Shown: in pieces, positions 57,651 through 64,000 of the stretch | How the letters are laid out: each line of letters starts with the position of its first letter | Position numbering within the stretch: position 1 is the stretch's first letter | NCBI RefSeq assembly: GCF_009914755.1 | Contig: NC_060926.1 | Strand: one strand, 5' to 3' | DNA from: the human T2T-CHM13v2.0 reference genome, Homo sapiens | Length of the DNA stretch: 64,000 bases | Made by a program: the position numbers and the translations under genes | Notes under the pieces: model-generated | What the model was told of the DNA's origin: nothing | Database searches by the model: none | What the model saw: the letters and a program-made list of their open reading frames with translations, nothing else

Positions 57651-58024
57651 TATCATCCCATTCTTTTCTGACCTGTGAGGCTTTTGCCGAGAAATCTGCT
57701 GTTAGTCTTAAGAATTCCCTTATATATGACTTAATACTTTTTCCTCCTCTTTTAGAAATTTTTTTGTTTCCCTTTTGATTGTTTGACTATAAAATGCCTT
57801 GGAGATGACAATATTGTCTTGTAACTATCTGGAGATATTTGATCTTCCTCTATCTGAATGTTTATATGTATTTTCCAAGATTTGAAAAGTTTTCACCTAT
57901 TTTATTATTAAATAGGGTATTTATGTCTTTTAAAAAATTTCTTCTCCTTCTGTAACTCCAAAAATTCAAATGTGTAATCACATTATGGTGTCTCATATAT
58001 TCAAAGCTTTTTAAAAATTCCTTG

Positions 58025-58128
58025 TTATTCTTCTTCCTCCTCCTTTCCTCCTCCTCCTCCTCTTCCTCCTCCTCCTCTACCTCCTCCTCCTTTTTCTTCT
58101 TCTTCTTCACCTCTTCCTCCTCCTTCAT
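58025..58128. repeat. (TTC/TCC)n polypyrimidine trinucleotide tract
   Basis: Read directly; source of the spurious poly-E/K ORF. Confidence 0.9.
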
Positions 58129-61100
58129 TTTTTTGTTTAACTCTGTTACTTCTAACACCTGCCTTTAAATTTAAAAATTCTTTTCTCTGACTAATTTAGT
58201 TTACTGTTTAATCTCTTAAGTATATTGTTATTTTACTCATGAAATTCTCCCATTTCAGGATTTTGGTTTCTTTTTTATGATATCCATTTTTTGTTGAATT
58301 TCTAATACAGATCATTAATTTTTTTCTAACTTATTTGTATTGTTTATCTGTGTTCTCTTATATCTCACTGTGTTTCTTTAATCATTATTTTGAATTCTTT
58401 GGTGGGCATTTTATAGATTTCCTTTTTGGGGGTCTGTTACTGGATAGTTATTGTGTTCTTTTGAAGTGTCATGTTTTCTTGCTTTTTCATGTTTCTTGTG
58501 TCCATACATTTATATCTGGGCATTGGTGTAACAGTCATTTCTTTTAATTTTATGAATTAACTTGCATAGGAAAAGATTTTTTTCTCCGGAAAGATGTAAT
58601 GTATCCATAGTGTTTGCTGGGTAGAATGTTTTGCCTTTAATTCTGGTGTAGTCTCTGCATAATTTCTCTGGCTATAATTACCATCAGTAGTTTCTGTGAG
58701 TTCTTCAGTAGCTTAAGCTATAGTTATTAGTGGAGTCAGTGGTGAGGTTTTGCTGGAAATGGGACATCAGCTGAACCCATCTTTGGCGACAAATTATGAT
58801 GGCAATGAACTGGGCATGCTTCTCTTTCAGCCCCTGGGTGGCATACGTGATTGCTGCTGATGGCAACTTTGAGCTGGCCAATCTTTACACCTCTAGGTGG
58901 TATACCTCTAGGCAGGTGCCAGCAGAGGCAGTGGTCTGCCAGGCAGTCCTTGGGATCCAAATGATACACGTGGTGTCAACATTGGCAGTAGCAAGTCCAA
59001 GCCAATACTCATACCCTTAAGTGGTGTACATGGGCTCTAGAAAACTCAATTAATTTGGGGAAGATTTTCATGAACTTTCTTTTTGTTCCCATGCCTTAAG
59101 CAGACACACTTATTCCATGTTCTGGATCTTTCATATTATATAATGCAGTAATATGATATTTCATTAATTTTCTTTCACATTCCTACTCTCAGCTCCTCTA
59201 CATATAGATTAACATATTCTAAGCTATTATCACCCTCAATGAATCACCATTTCTAGAATATTGTATTAATTTTAAGCCTCCATCATGCCCTTGCTTTCTG
59301 AAAAGTAAATTATTTATTTCCTTCTTGATTCTTATCTCTCCAATGCTTTCCACTCTACTCTAACTCTCACCCCTCAAATGTAGGGCTAATCTTTTCTTCT
59401 TCTTTGTACACTGACCATAATTATATTCACAGCAAATTTTGTCCTAATGATGCTACAGAAGACATAGCTAGATAGGAGACAAAATGAGAGAACTACAGAG
59501 ACAAAATATTTCATTCACTTTGCCCCACCCTCATATTTATTGCATTCATCTCCTTATTCTAGAACCTCACAAATAACAGTAAAAGTTGATGGAATGAATA
59601 AATGTATCAAAATTTGAGAAAATACAGAATACAAATATTGTTTTCTGTTAATGTGTCTTTGATTTGGCCATACTTTCTCAAAATAAAGCATTGAAACCAC
59701 CCTAGATGTCTCAGAAGTCATTGCCTTTTTATAGGGCACAAAGTAAAAGAATGTCCAATCTTAATGTTGATTTTTTTTTCCTATTTAGACACAACTCATT
59801 TCAAATTTAATGAAGGTATTTCTTTAAAAAATGATCTCTTACTAAGTAAATATGGTTAATACATAAAGCATAAAAACACTAACATCTACATAGAATATAA
59901 GCATAAACTACTTAGTAATAAGGTTTAGATTTTAAAATTTAAAAGTCACTTGTTAATCGCACCCCTCTTTTGCTCCAAATATGTAGCTGTCATTTTTTCC
60001 GTAACTTCTAGAACTATAAGCATTTTTCTATAACTGCAAATACAAAAAATTAATTGGGAGAAGCTTAGAATAATATAACAGAAATTGACATCAAGCTTAA
60101 ATATGAATAACTATGATTCTATATAGAATTATAAAAAAACCATTGGTGCATACATGATTTGTTTAGCATTGTCTATATGAGTCTATATGACTGAGTTTGA
60201 TGGTTCTTGGGAAAATTATAAGAGTTTTGAGAAAAATTGGTAATCCACTCCAGCAAATATTTATTGAATAAGAAGCATGGAATTGAAAACACTTCTGTGT
60301 ATTTTCTGCATTATTTTCTGCAAATTGGCACATAATACAGAAGCAGATATAAATATTTTAGCTTTTTATTGCCTATTGCTTGGTTACTATAGTTTTTCTT
60401 CAGCCTAAAGCTGTAAAAATGAAAAATCTGTTTCTGGGAAGAAATTGATATGAAAGATTTCATTTGAATTTATTCTTTCTAAAATGTAACTAAGATAAAT
60501 ATTTAATATCTTAATCTTATTTTTATTTTGGTTAATATTTTATAAAGTTATAGGCTAATGCATTTTTAAGACAGAGTTCCAAATATCGTATAGTTTTGTA
60601 ACAATAAATGTATTTATCAATTGATGAAAATTTTTAATACTTTAATTTTTTAGATTTGTAATACAAGTTGTATTTTAATTTACTGCACATATATTTAAAA
60701 TATAAGAATTTGATTTGTTTGGAAGTACTTGATTTATTTATTTATTTTTTGCTTACTTTGAGGAAAGGTATTATATCCACCTAGTTTTTAGAAAGGGGAA
60801 TAAATGGTACCCAAATTAATAATTACAATTGAGGCTATCCTCAGGTCAAATTGCAAAAATAGTTTACTTTCACATTCAATGTCTCATTTCAGTCTGATTA
60901 ACAATAAGACATCTGCATGACGATTGTCTGCTTTGAAACATGACCTTTCTAAATAAACATAAGTTTTGTTTGTATAAATTATTCTATGAATATTTTCCCA
61001 TTATGTTCATATATTTGCAGATGATATTGTTTGCCTTTTAAATGGGGCTTTTTGTAGATGAAGACTTTACTCAAAGTAAATTGAGAAGCCAGTGGTACAG

Positions 61101-61479
61101 AGGACGCTTCTCAGGGACTATCAAATTAAAAATATAAATTGTAACACTAGTCTAGAGTATATTAACATTTCAATGTGCTCACTCCATGAGTGTGATTTTA
61201 CTTATAATTTCAGAATATATGAGTGTGATTATATGCTGATTATTCACATTAGTACTTGTAGTTACTGAAATTGACTAATGTTCATACCCAGGATTATGCC
61301 TCTCTATTGTGTGTTTGTCTGTATGACACCTAGGAAGGGAGGAATAGAAGAGGGAAGAGAAAGAGATTAGAAAAAATTTTAATTTAAGAAAAATTATATA
61401 ATATTTTATAGTATTTTCTACACCTGTACTTAGAAGCTTAAAAAAAAATATGTGCTTAAATATGCTTAGAATTCTATAT

Positions 61480-61860
61480 TTCAGGCTGAGCTCAGCCATA
61501 GTTTTCCTCTGGTGGTTTCCCTTTACAATATTCACATTGCTGCAGCCTTCCGTAGCTTCATTGGAACCGGATAGTTCACTATGGTCTCACTTTAATTAAT
61601 GCATCTCACAGGTGAGTAATTTGTTGATTGTTGGCAAAATGCACCCCTTTTCTACCATGTTTTCTCCCAACAGGAATATCTAGATCTAATGACATGGATC
61701 TAAGAGGATGGCAAGGAAGCTGTGAGGCCCTGTGAATTCTTGCTCAGAAGTGACAACAGCATTTCTAATAGATTTGATTAGTCAAAGCAAGTCACAAAAC
61801 CAATTTTCAAGGGGCAAGGAAAAATATACGTTACCTCAGTGTGAAGAGCTGTTGTAAAGT
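61480..61860 (-). mobile_element. Old MaLR LTR (MLT1H/I-like)
   Basis: GGCTGAGCTCAGC.., GGAAGCTG..AGGCC..CTCAGAAGTGACA..GTCAAAGCAAGTCACAA..TTCAAGGGG..GAAGAGCTG motifs. Confidence 0.55.
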
Positions 61861-64000
61861 GTTTGTTCTCATGTTTTACCTAAATATTAAGTATTTTTTT
61901 TTATTTTTGTGTTTATTTGGAAAATTTTCTAGAATTATTGTTCTCACCATAAGCAAATGGATTTTTGGAAAGTGACAAATATTCTTTTAGGGAATATTCA
62001 TTTGTCATTAAGTACAAAAGCTTCCATTTTAAAAATGTCATACTAAAAATGTACATTATTGTGATTTTAAAAGAAATATTCTTTGATATTCAAATTTTTA
62101 CTTTCCTTTTAATTATGAAGAGAGAAGAAAGTCTGGCCAAATAATACTGATATTCACAATTTCTTAATCAGAAAGGTCTTGAATGTTATCTAAATAAATT
62201 TGTGCTTAATTTTAATTATATTAGTTATAATGCTTTTAATTTTATTGTACAAAAGATAGTGAATGACAATTAGACAGTTTAAATCTTCTTTAAAAAGATT
62301 GAAAGAGAATTCTCCATAGGAGTGAGCAATAGGGACTAGACTAAAATTTTTCTCTGGAAGTATATCTGGACTGTGTAAATGATCATTAGAATTATGGATG
62401 AAACTTAAAAGACTAAATATAAATATGTTTTCATTATGAACTGGAAGCAATCGAGATATATATATATATATGTCTATATCCATATGTCTATATATTTCAT
62501 TCATAGTATGAAATAATCTATATATTTCATACTATCGACTATCTTGTGCCTATAGCATGAAAATTATCTTAGGATACATAAACACACACATACACAGGCA
62601 CACACCCACGCACACATACTATCATTCAACTGTTTGAGTTTCACTCAATCTAAATTTTCACATTATAGATGTTTTGTGAAAACAAAAATAAAATCTTCAA
62701 GAAAATAATTTTTGGGAAAGGAGGGGCAAGGGAAATGAAAAACTGAACCTCTGATAACAAGACTGCATTAAAATATTTGTGGATTGGCTAGCTTTTAAAC
62801 TCTATACTATTTAGAATATGTAAACTTACAAATTAATTTTGATTCTTAATTCATTGTTATGAAAGTATAATATTGTTTACACTACACAGATTAATTCATG
62901 TCCTGCCATGCAGAATTATGAAGGAATGAAATTCTATTTCATTTCCTTATAAGATGGCTGTTCCTCAAGTTTAGTAACTTTGGAAATTCATCCTTAGTTA
63001 ATCTCTTGGTGCAATAAGAAAAGTTCTATTATATTTACTATATTTAATTACTCACAAGTTTTTTCATGTGTATTTTTCTACCTGTGATATCCCCAGTTAA
63101 AGATCTTGATGATGTAGGCAGCAATTGATATCTCTGACTCATCATAAGAGCTACTCTGAAAAATATTTTCAGCTATAAGATAATTGTGAGACACATGCCA
63201 CCTGTGAGGGAAGCCTGGTGTCTCGGCAAAGTCACACATACCCATAGGTGAATATATGTAATATACAATGTAATATACATCTTCGCTGAGACAGAACACT
63301 TGCTGTATGGTGGGGGTTAGTGAGTAAGTAACTAAGCTCTGCTTTACTCCCTTGATTCCTCTTATTTAACTGATGATTCTTGAATTTTTCTTCCACTTCA
63401 AAACTTAATTCTTGAATTGGTGACCTCGAATTTGGCTGATTTGCCCTACAAGGGCACAGTGGATGAACAAGGCTTATTAGCAAAACCCGTTCACACAATT
63501 ATGTTCTCTCAAGTCATTTACACAGCATTTCATGATTGATATTTAAAGCACTCAGTATTACACCTAGTAATTGAAACTTTGGTTAAAATAAAGGTCTTAT
63601 GCATGGGTTAAATGTCATAATATATAACTATGAGGGCAGTCCATTGTCCCTACAGTTATATTCCCTTTGTTATGTTAAAAACTATACCCCTCCAACATTT
63701 TACCATGGTCATATTTTATAAACTACATCAATATTTTTGTTTTATTCACCCAGATTTATTAATTATGCTAATAACCCTAGTCTTGGCTTGGATTATCTAT
63801 AATTCTGACCCCAGTGCTCTATATGAGTTTTCCCATGGTCACTATAATTATTTATACAGCAATTATATACTGTCAGTGAATTTTTTCATGGCAGCTTATA
63901 ATTCAGTAACCACAGACACTATGAGAATCACTAAACAAATGTTAGCATAGAAATTTTTATGAAAAATTGATTATGTAGGGTTTTTAATGACTTCTTTTCT

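Noticed and set aside
57862-58158. Glu/Lys-rich 98-aa ORF
   Set aside because: Translation of a (TTC/TCC)n tract embedded in decayed L1 ORF1.

Overview
Primate (human-like), AT-rich, repeat-dense non-coding genomic DNA with no recognisable functional protein-coding gene, RNA gene or prokaryotic feature. Main contents: (i) the 5' end of a minus-strand HERV-H provirus (LTR7, tRNA-His PBS, leader, decayed gag) running off the left edge; (ii) a Tigger1 DNA transposon carrying a nested L1 5' portion and an ERV1 solo LTR; (iii) a full-length (~8.4 kb) but ORF-disrupted gamma-like provirus of the HERV-I/ADP-related group (probably HERVP71A/LTR71) with both LTRs, TSD, PBS, PPT, gag-pro-pol and env; (iv) an LTR12 (ERV9) U3-only remnant; (v) a full-length processed pseudogene of HNRNPA1 inserted in an old L1MA; (vi) seven Alus plus an old Alu arm, many L1/MIR/L2/MaLR fragments, microsatellites, a palindromic AT-rich VNTR and a 253-bp local duplication. 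Family names are assigned from remembered consensus sequences, not from a database search. I see no convincing evidence of a wholly new biological system; the best leads are the strand bias of large retroelements, the promoter-less LTR12 enhancer, the internal-fusion-peptide env, ancestral-state UTR sequence in the pseudogene, and two repair/template-switch scars.
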